Counted from the first letter of the stretch, positions 38,713 to 48,743 are shown. The stretch is 64,000 nucleotides of DNA from Marivita sp. (GCF_020055675.1 NZ_JAIPUS010000011.1:774-64773); one strand, 5' to 3'. Translations and numbers: made by a program. The notes: generated from the letters alone by a model not told the origin.

Positions 38713-39480
38713 GTGATCCAGAACACCCCACATACGATTCTGACCGCGCAGGATAGCGCCGCCGAGGTGATCCACCCCGAGGGCGCCGCGCCGATCTGCC
38801 TTGTCTGCGAACACGCCAGCGCCCGGATTCCTGCGGTGCTGGACGATCTGGGTCTCGCGCCCGAGGACCGCTACAGCCACGCCGCATGGGACATCGGCGC
38901 GCGCGATCTGGCCGTTGCACTGGCGCAAAAGCTCGACGCACCGCTTGTCGCGGCGGGCGTGTCGCGGCTCGTCTATGACTGCAACCGCCCGCCAGAAGCA
39001 CCGGATTCGATCCCGGCACGGAGCGAACTGGTAGAGGTGCCCGGCAATGCCGACCTGAGCAACGACGACCGACAGGCGCGCGTTGCCTCGGTCTACAGAC
39101 CCTTCCGCGACATGCTGTGCCGCAAGCTCGATCAATTCGAGAAACCTCCGATCATGGTGACATTGCACAGCTTCACGCCTGAATGGTTCGGCGTTCCACG
39201 CAACGTTGAACTCGGCCTGCTGCACGACAACGACGACCGGTTGGCAAAGGCAATGCTCGCAGAGGCGCCGCACGACCTGGATACACGGCTCAACGCCCCT
39301 TACGATGCCAGCGATGGTGTAACGCACACGCTGCGCGAACACGCGGTCCCGCGGGGGCTTCACAATGTCATGGTCGAAATTCGCAACGACCTGATCTCCG
39401 ACAGCACCGGGATTGCGCGATTTGCCGATATCCTTGGCGATATGCTGACACGGGCAATGGTCCGGGAGGTGGCGCGATGA
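38713..39480 (+). CDS. N-formylglutamate amidohydrolase family (putative gamma-glutamyl-glycine amidohydrolase)
   Basis: LVCEHAS, HAAWDIGA, VSRLVYDCNRP, LHSFTP, HTL.EHA, VMVEIRNDLI; start uncertain. Confidence 0.82.
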   Translation: MIQNTPHTILTAQDSAAEVIHPEGAAPICLVCEHASARIPAVLDDLGLAPEDRYSHAAWDIGARDLAVALAQKLDAPLVAAGVSRLVYDCNRPPEAPDSIPARSELVEVPGNADLSNDDRQARVASVYRPFRDMLCRKLDQFEKPPIMVTLHSFTPEWFGVPRNVELGLLHDNDDRLAKAMLAEAPHDLDTRLNAPYDASDGVTHTLREHAVPRGLHNVMVEIRNDLISDSTGIARFADILGDMLTRAMVREVAR

Positions 39481-40058
39481 CGGCTGCCCTCAAGGCTTAT
39501 GTGCGGGTCATCGACCCGGTCAACCGGATGATCGGGCGCATCGTGATGTACGGCATCTTCGTGATAATCGGCATCCTGCTCTGGTCCACCGTTTCCAAGG
39601 CGTTCCTGCTGCCCTCGCTCTGGACACTTGAAATGGCGCAATTCGCGATGGTCGCCTATTACATCCTTGGGGGTCCATATTCGATCCAGATGGGGTCCAA
39701 CGTGAGGATGGACCTGATCTACGGCGAAATGAGCGACCGCCGCAAAGCCGCCATCGACGCTATGACGGTGGTGTTCCTGCTCGTCTACCTCGGTTTCCTG
39801 CTCTATGGCGGCATCGCCTCCACCGCCTATTCGCTGGGCTATTTCGGATCGGAACCGATCAGCTTTTTCGCGGGCCTTGCCACAGGCAGCGCCGAACTTG
39901 GCTTCCTCGAACGCAGCCCCACCTCGTGGCAGCCTTACCTTTGGCCGATCAAGACGATCATGGTGATCGGCATCTTCCTGATGCTGCTCCAGGTGCTCTG
40001 CGAACTGGCCAAGGACATCCTGCGCCTCAAGGGACATGAAATGGGAGCCAAGGTCTGA
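39477..40058 (+). CDS. TRAP small permease (DctQ)
   Basis: 4 TM; WTLEMAQF, NVRMDLIY. Confidence 0.88.
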   Translation: MTAALKAYVRVIDPVNRMIGRIVMYGIFVIIGILLWSTVSKAFLLPSLWTLEMAQFAMVAYYILGGPYSIQMGSNVRMDLIYGEMSDRRKAAIDAMTVVFLLVYLGFLLYGGIASTAYSLGYFGSEPISFFAGLATGSAELGFLERSPTSWQPYLWPIKTIMVIGIFLMLLQVLCELAKDILRLKGHEMGAKV

Positions 40059-41383
40059 TGCCTTACGAGGTGATAGCCGCCCTCATGTTCTCGACCATGA
40101 TGCTGATGCTGCTCACCGGGCAGCGTGTATTCGGCGCCATCGGGTTTGTGGCCGTGATGGCGGCCTTTCTGCTCTGGGGGGACCGGGGCGGATACGACCT
40201 TGGCTTCTCGGCGGCGATGAAGCTGATGAAATGGTATCCGCTGCTGACTTTGCCGATGTTCATCTTCATGGGCTATGTCTTGTCCGAAAGCCGCATCGCC
40301 GACGACCTTTACCGCATGTTCCACGTCTGGATGGGCGGGCTGTCGGGGGGGCTGGCCGTGGGCACCATCGGCCTGATGGTCCTGATCTCTGCCATGAACG
40401 GGCTCAGCGTCGCGGGCATGGCCATCGGGGCCACCATCGCCCTGCCAGAACTCTTGCGGCGAGGATACGACAAACGCATGGTCACCGGGGTGATCCAGGC
40501 CGGATCATCCCTGGGCATCCTCGTGCCACCCTCGGTGGTGCTGGTGCTCTATGCGATGATCGCCCGGCAGCCCGTCGGCCAGCTCTGGCTGGCCGGGGTG
40601 ATCCCCGGCCTGTTCATGGCAGCGATGTTCATCATCTATATCACCGTCCGCTGCAAACTGAACCCGGCGCTTGGCCCGGTCCTGCCTGCCGCCGAGCGCG
40701 ACATTCCCCGCGCCGAAAAGCTGCGCTTGCTGCGCGCCGGTATCCTGCCGCTTGCGATCTTCTTCATCATGATGGTGCCTTTCGTGAACGGTTGGACCTC
40801 GCTCGTCGAAAGCTCGGCCATCGGCGCCATCGCCGCCTTCATGGCGGCTGTCCTCAAGGGACGCATGACACGCCAAGTGTTCGAAAACTCGGTCCGTCAG
40901 ACCCTTGGCATCTCCTGCATGTTCATGTGGATCATCCTGGCCGCACTGGCCTTCGGCGCGGTGTTCGATGGGCTGGGCGCGGTCAAGGCGATCGAAAGCC
41001 TGTTCACCGAACAGCTTGGCCTGAACCCCTGGATGATCCTGATCCTGATGCAGCTCAGCTTCATCATCATGGGCACCTTCCTTGACGACACCGCAATGCT
41101 GGTGATCGTGGCCCCGCTCTACGTGCCGCTGGTGGGAGCGCTCGGCTTTGACCTGATCTGGTACGGCATCCTTTATACCATCACCACGCAGATCGCCTAT
41201 ATGACTCCGCCCTTCGGCTATAACCTGTTCCTGATGCGCGCGATGGCCCCGCCCGAGATAACCCTGCGCGACATCTATACATCCATCCTTCCCTTCGTGG
41301 CAGTGATGGTGGTCGCCCTTGCGACGATCATGATCTTCCCGGAAATCGCCCTGTGGCTCCCGGGATACGTATACGGAAATTAA
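40058..41383 (+). CDS. TRAP large permease (DctM)
   Basis: PMFIFMGYVL, GSSLGILVPPSVVLVLY, AYMTPPFGYNLF. Confidence 0.92.
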   Translation: MPYEVIAALMFSTMMLMLLTGQRVFGAIGFVAVMAAFLLWGDRGGYDLGFSAAMKLMKWYPLLTLPMFIFMGYVLSESRIADDLYRMFHVWMGGLSGGLAVGTIGLMVLISAMNGLSVAGMAIGATIALPELLRRGYDKRMVTGVIQAGSSLGILVPPSVVLVLYAMIARQPVGQLWLAGVIPGLFMAAMFIIYITVRCKLNPALGPVLPAAERDIPRAEKLRLLRAGILPLAIFFIMMVPFVNGWTSLVESSAIGAIAAFMAAVLKGRMTRQVFENSVRQTLGISCMFMWIILAALAFGAVFDGLGAVKAIESLFTEQLGLNPWMILILMQLSFIIMGTFLDDTAMLVIVAPLYVPLVGALGFDLIWYGILYTITTQIAYMTPPFGYNLFLMRAMAPPEITLRDIYTSILPFVAVMVVALATIMIFPEIALWLPGYVYGN

Positions 41384-41433
41384 CCAAGAGACCCCGCAAA
41401 CGGGGCGCATCAACCCAACCGAGAGGAAATGAC

Positions 41434-42471
41434 ATGACCACAAGACGAAAGTTTCTGAAAACCGCTGGCATCGCCGGTGTCGGCAGCCTCGCCGCTCCCG
41501 CTGTCGTCAAGGCGCAGGACGCAATCACATGGCGCTTCCAGACCTACGCAGGGGCTGCTTTGGGCGAGCATGTGACCAAGCCGGTGATCGACTACATCAA
41601 CAACAACTCCAACGGCGAGCTTCAGGTCGAATTGTTCTACGCCGACCAGATCGTCCCCACGGGAGAGCTGTTCCAGGCGCTCCAGCGCGGCACCATCGAT
41701 GGCGTGCATTCGGATGACGACTCCATGGCATCCCCCACCCCGCTGCGCCAATTCGGCGGCTATTTCCCGTTTGCGACCAAGCATATCCTCGACGTGCCGG
41801 TGCTCTTCAACCAGTACGGCCTGGCCGAGATCTGGGACGAGGAATATGCCAAGGTCGGTGTGAAGTGGCTGTCGGCCGCGGGCCAGGACCCGTGCAACTT
41901 CAATACCACCAAGGAAATCACCTCGGTCGCCGATCTCGACGGCCTGCGGCTCTACACTTTCCCGACTGCGGGGCGCTTCCTGTCGCAATTCGGCGTTGTC
42001 CCGGTCAGCATCCCCTACGAGGATGCCGAGGTTGCGGTGCAGACAGGCGAGCTTGACGGCATGGCCTGGTCCGGCATCACAGAAGATTACACTGTCGGCT
42101 GGGCGGACGTGACCGACTACTTCCTGACCAACAATATCTCGGGGGCGTGGATCGGATCTTGGTTCGTCAACCAGCAACGCTGGGCCGACCTGCCCGATCA
42201 CCTCAAATCCGTCGTCATGGCCGCCACCGAGGCAGGCCATACCTATCGCAACCAATGGTACTGGGGCGGCGAAGCGGCGCTGCGCGCAAACGGTGAAAAG
42301 CTGGCGCTGCGCCAGGTCCCCGCAAGCGAATGGGCCGAGGTCGAGAACGCCGCCAAGGAGTTCTGGAACGAGATTGCGGAAGAAGGTGAAGTGCACCAAA
42401 AAGTCATCGACATCTTCCGCGAATATAACGGTGTCATCAATCAGGCGGGTGCCCCGTACACGTTCGAGTAA
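41434..42471 (+). CDS. TRAP substrate-binding protein (Tat signal), putative ethanolamine-binding
   Basis: MTTRRKFLKTAGIAG twin-arginine signal; WRFQTY, IVPTGELFQAL; context matches the Chromohalobacter ethanolamine cluster. Confidence 0.8.
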   Translation: MTTRRKFLKTAGIAGVGSLAAPAVVKAQDAITWRFQTYAGAALGEHVTKPVIDYINNNSNGELQVELFYADQIVPTGELFQALQRGTIDGVHSDDDSMASPTPLRQFGGYFPFATKHILDVPVLFNQYGLAEIWDEEYAKVGVKWLSAAGQDPCNFNTTKEITSVADLDGLRLYTFPTAGRFLSQFGVVPVSIPYEDAEVAVQTGELDGMAWSGITEDYTVGWADVTDYFLTNNISGAWIGSWFVNQQRWADLPDHLKSVVMAATEAGHTYRNQWYWGGEAALRANGEKLALRQVPASEWAEVENAAKEFWNEIAEEGEVHQKVIDIFREYNGVINQAGAPYTFE

Positions 42472-42570
42472 ACACATCATGGCGTTCCCCGGCACCGGCC
42501 GGGGGGCGCCGACCGCACAGACACACCGCACCGCAGACGCGGTGCGCACCGACCATCCCCGGAGGCCCCG

Positions 42571-43923
42571 ATGACCCTAGACGAGTTGCAAGCCAAAGCC
42601 GAGACCGGCGAGATCGACACCGTTCTGGTGTGCATGGTCGACATGCAGGGGCGCCTCATGGGCAAGCGTTTCCATGTCTCGAACTTCCTCGAAAGCGCCT
42701 GGAAAGAGACCCATTGCTGCAATTACCTGCTCGCCACCGATCTCGAAATGGACACGCCGGCTGGCTACAAATCCACCAGTTGGGCAGCGGGGTACGGCGA
42801 TTACGTCATCCAGCCCGACCTTGGCACGCTGCGCAATGTTCCGTGGCTTGAAGGCACCGTCATGGTCCTGTGTGATGTGCTTGACCACCACACCCACAGC
42901 CCGGTTCCCCATTCGCCGCGCCAGATGCTCAAGAAACAGGTGGACCGCCTGTCCGAGATGGGCCTGACCCCGATGATGGCCACCGAGCTGGAATTCTTCC
43001 TGTTCGAACACAGCTTCGATGACATCCGCAAATCCGGGTTTCGCACCCTGACCCCGATCAGCGGGTATAACGAGGATTACAACATCCTCCAGACCACCCG
43101 TGAAGAACACGTCATGCGTCCGATCCGCAATCACCTGGTGGCCGCCGGCGTGCCTGTCGAAAACTCCAAGGGCGAGGCCGAGACCGGCCAGGAAGAGCTG
43201 AATATCCGTTACGCCGACGCATTGGCCTGCGCCGACAACCACACCATCGCCAAACACGCGGTCAAGGAAATCGCCCAGATGCAGGGCCACGCCGCGACCT
43301 TCATGCCAAAGTGGCGCGCCGACAAGGTGGGCAGCGCCGCGCATGTGCACCAGTCGCTGTTCAAGGGCGACACCAACGTTTTCCATGACGCGGGTGACAC
43401 GCTCACCATGTCCGACACGATGAAAAGCTATGTCGCGGGCCTGATCAAATATGCCCCCGACATGACCATTTTCCTTGCACCCTACGTCAACAGCTACAAA
43501 CGCTTCCTGCCAGGCACATTCGCCCCCACCAAGATCGCCTGGTCAGTTGACAACCGGACTGCGGGCTACCGGCTTGTCGGTGACGGGACCAAAGGCGTGC
43601 GGATCGAATGTCGCATCCCGGGCTCCGATATCAACCCGTATCTTGCCTGCGCGGCGCAGCTCGCGGCAGGGATTGCCGGCATGGAGGAGAGACTGTCGCT
43701 GGCCGATCCGGTGTCCGGCGATGTCTACGGCATGACCGACATCCCCGAGATTCCGAACACTTTGCTCAAGGCCACGGATGTCCTGCGCAACTCCACAATG
43801 CTGCGCGCCGCCATGGGCGACGACGTGATCGACCACTACACCCGCGCCGCCGAAGTCGAACAGGAAGCGTTCGACGCCGCTGTCACCGACTGGGAACTCC
43901 AGCGCGGATTTGAAAGAGCCTGA
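42571..43923 (+). CDS. Glutamine synthetase-like gamma-glutamylase (putative ethanolamine gamma-glutamylase)
   Basis: DMQGRLMGKR, ELEFFLF, KGEAETGQEELN, GSAAHVHQSL, WSVDNRT, RIECRIPGSDINPY. Confidence 0.8.
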   Translation: MTLDELQAKAETGEIDTVLVCMVDMQGRLMGKRFHVSNFLESAWKETHCCNYLLATDLEMDTPAGYKSTSWAAGYGDYVIQPDLGTLRNVPWLEGTVMVLCDVLDHHTHSPVPHSPRQMLKKQVDRLSEMGLTPMMATELEFFLFEHSFDDIRKSGFRTLTPISGYNEDYNILQTTREEHVMRPIRNHLVAAGVPVENSKGEAETGQEELNIRYADALACADNHTIAKHAVKEIAQMQGHAATFMPKWRADKVGSAAHVHQSLFKGDTNVFHDAGDTLTMSDTMKSYVAGLIKYAPDMTIFLAPYVNSYKRFLPGTFAPTKIAWSVDNRTAGYRLVGDGTKGVRIECRIPGSDINPYLACAAQLAAGIAGMEERLSLADPVSGDVYGMTDIPEIPNTLLKATDVLRNSTMLRAAMGDDVIDHYTRAAEVEQEAFDAAVTDWELQRGFERA

Positions 43924-43926
43924 ACC

Positions 43927-45303
43927 ATGACCAAGACCCAAGACCTGATCTCCCCGATCGACGGATCGGTTTATCTCACACGCGATGTACTGCCCCGCGA
44001 CGCCGCCTTTGCCGCCGCGAAACGCGCCCGCGACGCCCAGGCCGACTGGGCCGCGCGCCCGGTGGCCGAACGCATCGCGCTGGTCCGCAAGGCCGGCGAG
44101 ATCATTGGCACGCAAACCGACCGCATGGCGACCGAACTGGCGCACCAGATGGGCCGCCCGATCCGCTACGGCGGCGAATATGGCGGCTTCGACGAACGCC
44201 TGACCTACATGGCGGACGTGGCCGAAGAGGGCCTCGCCCCGATGGAAATCGAGGACAGCGCCACCGCCCACCGCGTCATCAAGCGGGTTCCCTGGGGCAC
44301 CGTTCTGGTGATCGCGCCCTGGAACTACCCCTATATGACCGCCATCAACACCGTCGCCCCGGCCCTGATCGCCGGCAACAGCGTGATCCTGAAGCACGCC
44401 GCCCAGACGCTCGCCGTCGGCGACCATCTGGCCGAGGCGTTTCATGCCGCAGGCGTGCCGGAAGACGTGTTCCAGAACCTCGTGCTCGACCACGATACCA
44501 CCTCTGCCCTGATCACCGACCGCGCGGTCGATTTCGTGAACTTCACCGGATCGGTCGGTGGCGGTCAGGCGATGGAACGCGCAGCGGCGGGCACCTTCAC
44601 GCCGGTCTCGACCGAACTTGGCGGCAAGGACCCCGGCTATGTCCGTGCCGATGCCAATGTCGACGCGGCAGTCGATGGGCTGATGGATGGCGCGATGTTC
44701 AACGCCGGGCAATGCTGCTGCGGAATCGAACGCATCTACGTGCACGAGAGCCTATATGACGCGTTTGTCGAAAAGGCGGTCGCCTGGGTCAACGCGCAGA
44801 AACTGGGCAACCCTCTGGACCCCGACACGATGATGGGCCCGATGGCCAACGTGCGCTTTGCCCGCGAGGTTCGCGCTCAGATAGACGAGGCGCTGGCCGA
44901 TGGCGCCACGGCCCATATCGACACCATGCCTGCCGACGATGGCGGCGCGTATCTCACCCCGCAAGTCCTGACCAATGTCACCCACAAGATGCGCGTCATG
45001 CGCGACGAAAGCTTCGGCCCGGTGATCGGCATCATGCCGGTCAAGGACGACGAGGAGGCGGTCAAGCTTATGAATGACAGCCAATTCGGCCTGACCGCCG
45101 CGATCTTTTCCAAGGACGCCGATGCCGTCGAAGCCATCGCGGACCGGATCGAGACCGGCACCGTCTTCATGAACCGCTGCGACTACCTCGACCCCGCGCT
45201 CTGCTGGACCGGGTGCAAGGACACAGGTCGCGGGCAGGGTCTGTCGAAACTGGCGTATCAGGCTCTGACACGCCCCAAATCCTACCATCTCAAGAAAGCG
45301 TGA
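43927..45303 (+). CDS. Aldehyde dehydrogenase (putative gamma-glutamyl-aminoacetaldehyde dehydrogenase)
   Basis: IAPWNYPY, FTGSVGGG, ELGGKDP, FNAGQCCCG, ESFGP. Confidence 0.85.
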   Translation: MTKTQDLISPIDGSVYLTRDVLPRDAAFAAAKRARDAQADWAARPVAERIALVRKAGEIIGTQTDRMATELAHQMGRPIRYGGEYGGFDERLTYMADVAEEGLAPMEIEDSATAHRVIKRVPWGTVLVIAPWNYPYMTAINTVAPALIAGNSVILKHAAQTLAVGDHLAEAFHAAGVPEDVFQNLVLDHDTTSALITDRAVDFVNFTGSVGGGQAMERAAAGTFTPVSTELGGKDPGYVRADANVDAAVDGLMDGAMFNAGQCCCGIERIYVHESLYDAFVEKAVAWVNAQKLGNPLDPDTMMGPMANVRFAREVRAQIDEALADGATAHIDTMPADDGGAYLTPQVLTNVTHKMRVMRDESFGPVIGIMPVKDDEEAVKLMNDSQFGLTAAIFSKDADAVEAIADRIETGTVFMNRCDYLDPALCWTGCKDTGRGQGLSKLAYQALTRPKSYHLKKA

Positions 45304-45307
45304 CGAC

Positions 45308-46453
45308 ATGAGCCTCACCGGAAACTGGTCCTACCCCACCGCCATCCGCTTTGGCGCAGGCCGCATCTCGGAAATCGCCGAGGCCTGCCTCGCCGCCGGG
45401 ATCACCAAGCCGCTTCTGGTCACCGACCGGGGTCTCGCGGACATGGAGATCACCACCAAGACCCTGAACCTGATCGAACAGGCCGGGCTGGGCCGTGCGA
45501 TGTTTTCGGATGTCGATCCCAACCCGAACGAGAAAAACGTCGAAGAGGGTCTGCGCGTCTACCGCGAAGGCGGGTTCGACGGCGTCGTGGCCTTTGGCGG
45601 CGGGTCGGGTCTGGACCTTGCCAAGACGCTGGCCTTCATGGCCGGCCAGTCCCGCCCGCTGTGGGATTTCGAAGACATCGGCGACTGGTGGACCCGCGCG
45701 GATCCCGCCGGCATTCACCCCATCGTCGCCGTGCCCACAACTGCGGGCACCGGCTCCGAAGTGGGCCGCGCCAGCGTCATCACAAATTCGGAAACCCACG
45801 AGAAAAAGATCATCTTCCACCCCAAGATGCTCCCCGCCGTGGTGATCTGCGACCCCGAACTGACCGTGGGCATGCCCAAATTCATCACCGCAGGCACCGG
45901 GCTTGATGCCTTTGCCCATTGCGTCGAGGCCTATTCCAGCCCGCATTACCATCCGATGAGCCAGGGCATGGCGCTGGAAGGCATGAAGCTGGTCGTGGAA
46001 AACCTGCCCCTTGCCTATAAGGACGGGTCACATATCGACGCGCGCGCCAACATGATGAGCGCCGCCGCCATGGGGGCCACCGCCTTCCAAAAGGGGCTGG
46101 GTGCGATCCATGCGCTGTCGCACCCCATCGGCGCGCATCACCAAACGCATCATGGAACAACGAATGCGGTCTGCATGCCCGCCGTGCTCAAGTTCAATGC
46201 AGACGCCATCCGCGACCGCTTCGACCGCGCGGCGGGGTATCTGGGTATCGACGGCGGCTTCGACGGGTTCTGCGCCTTTGTCGATCAGTTCAACGACAGT
46301 TTCGCGATCCCGAAAACGCTGACCGATCTGGGCGTCACGGACCCGGATCTCGACGTGCTGGTGCGCGACGCGCTCAACGACCCGTCCACAGGCGGCAACC
46401 CGGTCACCATGACCGAAGCCAATACCCGCGCCCTATTCGAATCCGTCTTCTAA
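45308..46453 (+). CDS. Iron-containing alcohol dehydrogenase (putative gamma-glutamyl-ethanolamine dehydrogenase)
   Basis: GGGSGLD, VPTTAGTGSE, GLDAFAHCVE, HALSH, HHGTTNA. Confidence 0.87.
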   Translation: MSLTGNWSYPTAIRFGAGRISEIAEACLAAGITKPLLVTDRGLADMEITTKTLNLIEQAGLGRAMFSDVDPNPNEKNVEEGLRVYREGGFDGVVAFGGGSGLDLAKTLAFMAGQSRPLWDFEDIGDWWTRADPAGIHPIVAVPTTAGTGSEVGRASVITNSETHEKKIIFHPKMLPAVVICDPELTVGMPKFITAGTGLDAFAHCVEAYSSPHYHPMSQGMALEGMKLVVENLPLAYKDGSHIDARANMMSAAAMGATAFQKGLGAIHALSHPIGAHHQTHHGTTNAVCMPAVLKFNADAIRDRFDRAAGYLGIDGGFDGFCAFVDQFNDSFAIPKTLTDLGVTDPDLDVLVRDALNDPSTGGNPVTMTEANTRALFESVF

Positions 46454-46507
46454 GGGCGCGCAATTCTTCGAAGAATTGCGGGAGACTTTTCGAAAAGTCT
46501 CCCGCCC
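46454..46507. repeat. Two overlapping perfect palindromes (REP-like double hairpin) between convergent genes
   Basis: CGCAATTCTTCGAAGAATTGCG (46459-46480) and GCGGGAGACTTTTCGAAAAGTCTCCCGC (46478-46505), bracketed by GGGC/GCCC. Confidence 0.85.
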
Positions 46508-47734
46508 TCACTCCACCGCCTGATACCACGCCACGATCTGCGCCCGCGCGTCCGCATCCATCTGGATCGCGTTCGGCGGCGGCATCGCGTGGGACCGTCC
46601 CGCCTGCAGGTAAATCTCTTCCGCATGCTGCGCCACGTCGCTTTCGGTCTCAAGGTACACGCCCTTGGGGGCCCAGCGGATGCCGTCCCACAAAGGCTCG
46701 CGGGCATGGCACATCGAACAATTTCCCTGCACCGCGTTATAGGCGTCGTCGAACCCCTCGGCCGAGGCAAAGCGCATCTCGAAATCGGTCAACGGGCGCT
46801 CCGCTGCCTCGTCATAGGTCTCTGTTCCACCCAGCGTCGACAGCCAGGCGATCGAAACAAAGATCACCGCGGTCGCCGCCCAGGTCCAGTTCGGCTGGCC
46901 CTTGCCCGCGTGCATGGAGTTGAAATAATGCCGGATCGTCACCCCCATCAGGAAGACCAATGAGGCGATCAGCCACGCGAACTCCGTGCCAAAGGCCAGC
47001 GGGTAATGGTTCGACAGCATCAGGAAGATCACCGGCAGCGTCAGGTAGTTGTTATGCGTTGACCGCAGCTTCGCGATCTTGCCGTATTTCGGGTCCGGCG
47101 TGCGCCCGTTCTTGAGGTCATCCACGACAATCCGCTGGTTCGGCATGATGATGAAGAACACGTTGGCCGTCATGATCGTCGCCGTGAATGCCCCCAGGTG
47201 CAGCAGCGCCGCACGCCCGGTGAACACCTGGTCATAGCCCCAGGCCATCACCACGAGAATGCCGAACAGGATCAGCATCAGCACCGTCGGTTGATCCCCA
47301 AGCGAAGATTTGCACAGGGCGTCATAGAGCAGCCAGCCAATGGTCAGCGACAAGGCCGAAATCGCGATCCCCTGCCACAGCGCCAGTTCGGCCTTGGTCG
47401 GATCGAGCAGGTACAGCTCTCCGCCCACCCAGTAGACGATCATCAAGAGCGCCGCACCTGACACCCAGGTGATATAGCTCTGCCATTTATGCCAGATCAG
47501 ATGTTCGGGCATGTGTTCGGGTGCGACCATGTATTTCTGGATATGGTAAAACCCGCCGCCATGGACCTGCCATTCCTCACCAGAGACACCCGCCGGCGCA
47601 TGGGCGACCTTTTTCAGACCCAGATCAAGCGCGATGAAAAAGAACGACGCCCCGATCCACGCCATCGCGGTGATGACATGCAACCAGCGCACCGCGAAGG
47701 CGATCCAGTCCCACAGAACGGCGAAATCATACAT
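46508..47734 (-). CDS. puuD: Membrane urate hydroxylase with C-terminal cytochrome c
   Basis: RWLHVITAMAWIGASFFF, WQVHGGGFY, RSTHNNYLTLPVIFLMLSNHYP, CSMCH. Confidence 0.9.
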   Translation of the reverse strand: MYDFAVLWDWIAFAVRWLHVITAMAWIGASFFFIALDLGLKKVAHAPAGVSGEEWQVHGGGFYHIQKYMVAPEHMPEHLIWHKWQSYITWVSGAALLMIVYWVGGELYLLDPTKAELALWQGIAISALSLTIGWLLYDALCKSSLGDQPTVLMLILFGILVVMAWGYDQVFTGRAALLHLGAFTATIMTANVFFIIMPNQRIVVDDLKNGRTPDPKYGKIAKLRSTHNNYLTLPVIFLMLSNHYPLAFGTEFAWLIASLVFLMGVTIRHYFNSMHAGKGQPNWTWAATAVIFVSIAWLSTLGGTETYDEAAERPLTDFEMRFASAEGFDDAYNAVQGNCSMCHAREPLWDGIRWAPKGVYLETESDVAQHAEEIYLQAGRSHAMPPPNAIQMDADARAQIVAWYQAVE

Positions 47735-47834
47735 GGCTAAGGCTCCGGCTTTGGGGGTTTGCACCAGACTAGCGGCAGGTGCATTCTTCTGCTATTCCAA
47801 TCAAACTCCAAGCTGTATCAAAAAACTGCGAAGA

Positions 47835-48743
47835 ATGTCCTATCTCGACAACATCAGAACCTTTGTTCGTGTCTACGAATTGGGCAGCATGTCCGCCGCC
47901 GGTCGGGATTTGCGCATTTCACCCGCCGTCACATCGACACGTATTGCGCAGCTTGAGGACCACCTGTCGGTCCGCCTGTTCCAGCGCACCACCCGCAACC
48001 TGACGCCCACCGAACAGGGGCGACTGTTCTATACCGGTGCGGTCGAGGTTCTGGAAGCGGTGGACGTGGCCGAAGCGCAGGTCGTCGATATTACCGACAA
48101 CCCGCGCGGATCGATCTACGTGGCCGCCCCCCTGGGCGTGGGCCGCCGGCTGATCGCACCGCAGGTGTCTGCCTTTCTGGACCAATACCCCGAGGTGTCC
48201 GTCCGGTTGCGCCTGACGGATCGCAAGGTTGACCTGACCACAGAAGGGCTGGATCTGGCCTTCTTTCTGGGGGAGCCCGAGGACAGCACCTTGCGGATCC
48301 GCAAGATTGCCGATGTCGATCGGCTGCTCTGCGCGGCCCCGGACTATATCGCGGCCAATGGCATGCCCGCGTCCGGCGCGGACCTGATTACACAGAACCA
48401 CGAATGCCTGAACCTGCGTTTTCCCGGCGCAACCGAATTCCAGTGGCGCCTGCAAACCCGTGACGGTCCGAAACGCTTCAAGGTGCGCGGGCGCTTCGAA
48501 TCCGATGATGGCGATGTGCTCACCGATTGGGCGCTTGCCGGGCATGGCATCGTGCTCAAACCAAAGTTCGAAGTGGCCGACCACCTGCGCACGGGCCGGC
48601 TGATCCCTGTGGCCACGACCACGCCACCGATGCCGGTACAGATGGCGTGCCTGTTCACGCATCGGCGCAAACAGGATCCCAAGACCCGGCTGTTCATGGA
48701 TTTCGTGATCGGGCAGATCGGCAACGTGATCAAGAACGCCTGA
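47835..48743 (+). CDS. LysR family regulator (purine/urate cluster)
   Basis: YELGSMSAAGRDLRISPAVTS.RI..LE, LFQRTTR. Confidence 0.9.
   Translation: MSYLDNIRTFVRVYELGSMSAAGRDLRISPAVTSTRIAQLEDHLSVRLFQRTTRNLTPTEQGRLFYTGAVEVLEAVDVAEAQVVDITDNPRGSIYVAAPLGVGRRLIAPQVSAFLDQYPEVSVRLRLTDRKVDLTTEGLDLAFFLGEPEDSTLRIRKIADVDRLLCAAPDYIAANGMPASGADLITQNHECLNLRFPGATEFQWRLQTRDGPKRFKVRGRFESDDGDVLTDWALAGHGIVLKPKFEVADHLRTGRLIPVATTTPPMPVQMACLFTHRRKQDPKTRLFMDFVIGQIGNVIKNA

Noticed and set aside
42480-42560. Hairpins after the TRAP SBP gene as an ncRNA
   Set aside because: More simply mRNA-stabilising or attenuating stems typical after SBP genes
42571-43923. Calling this gene glnA
   Set aside because: Sequence and context fit the gamma-glutamyl-amine ligase subgroup, not housekeeping GS
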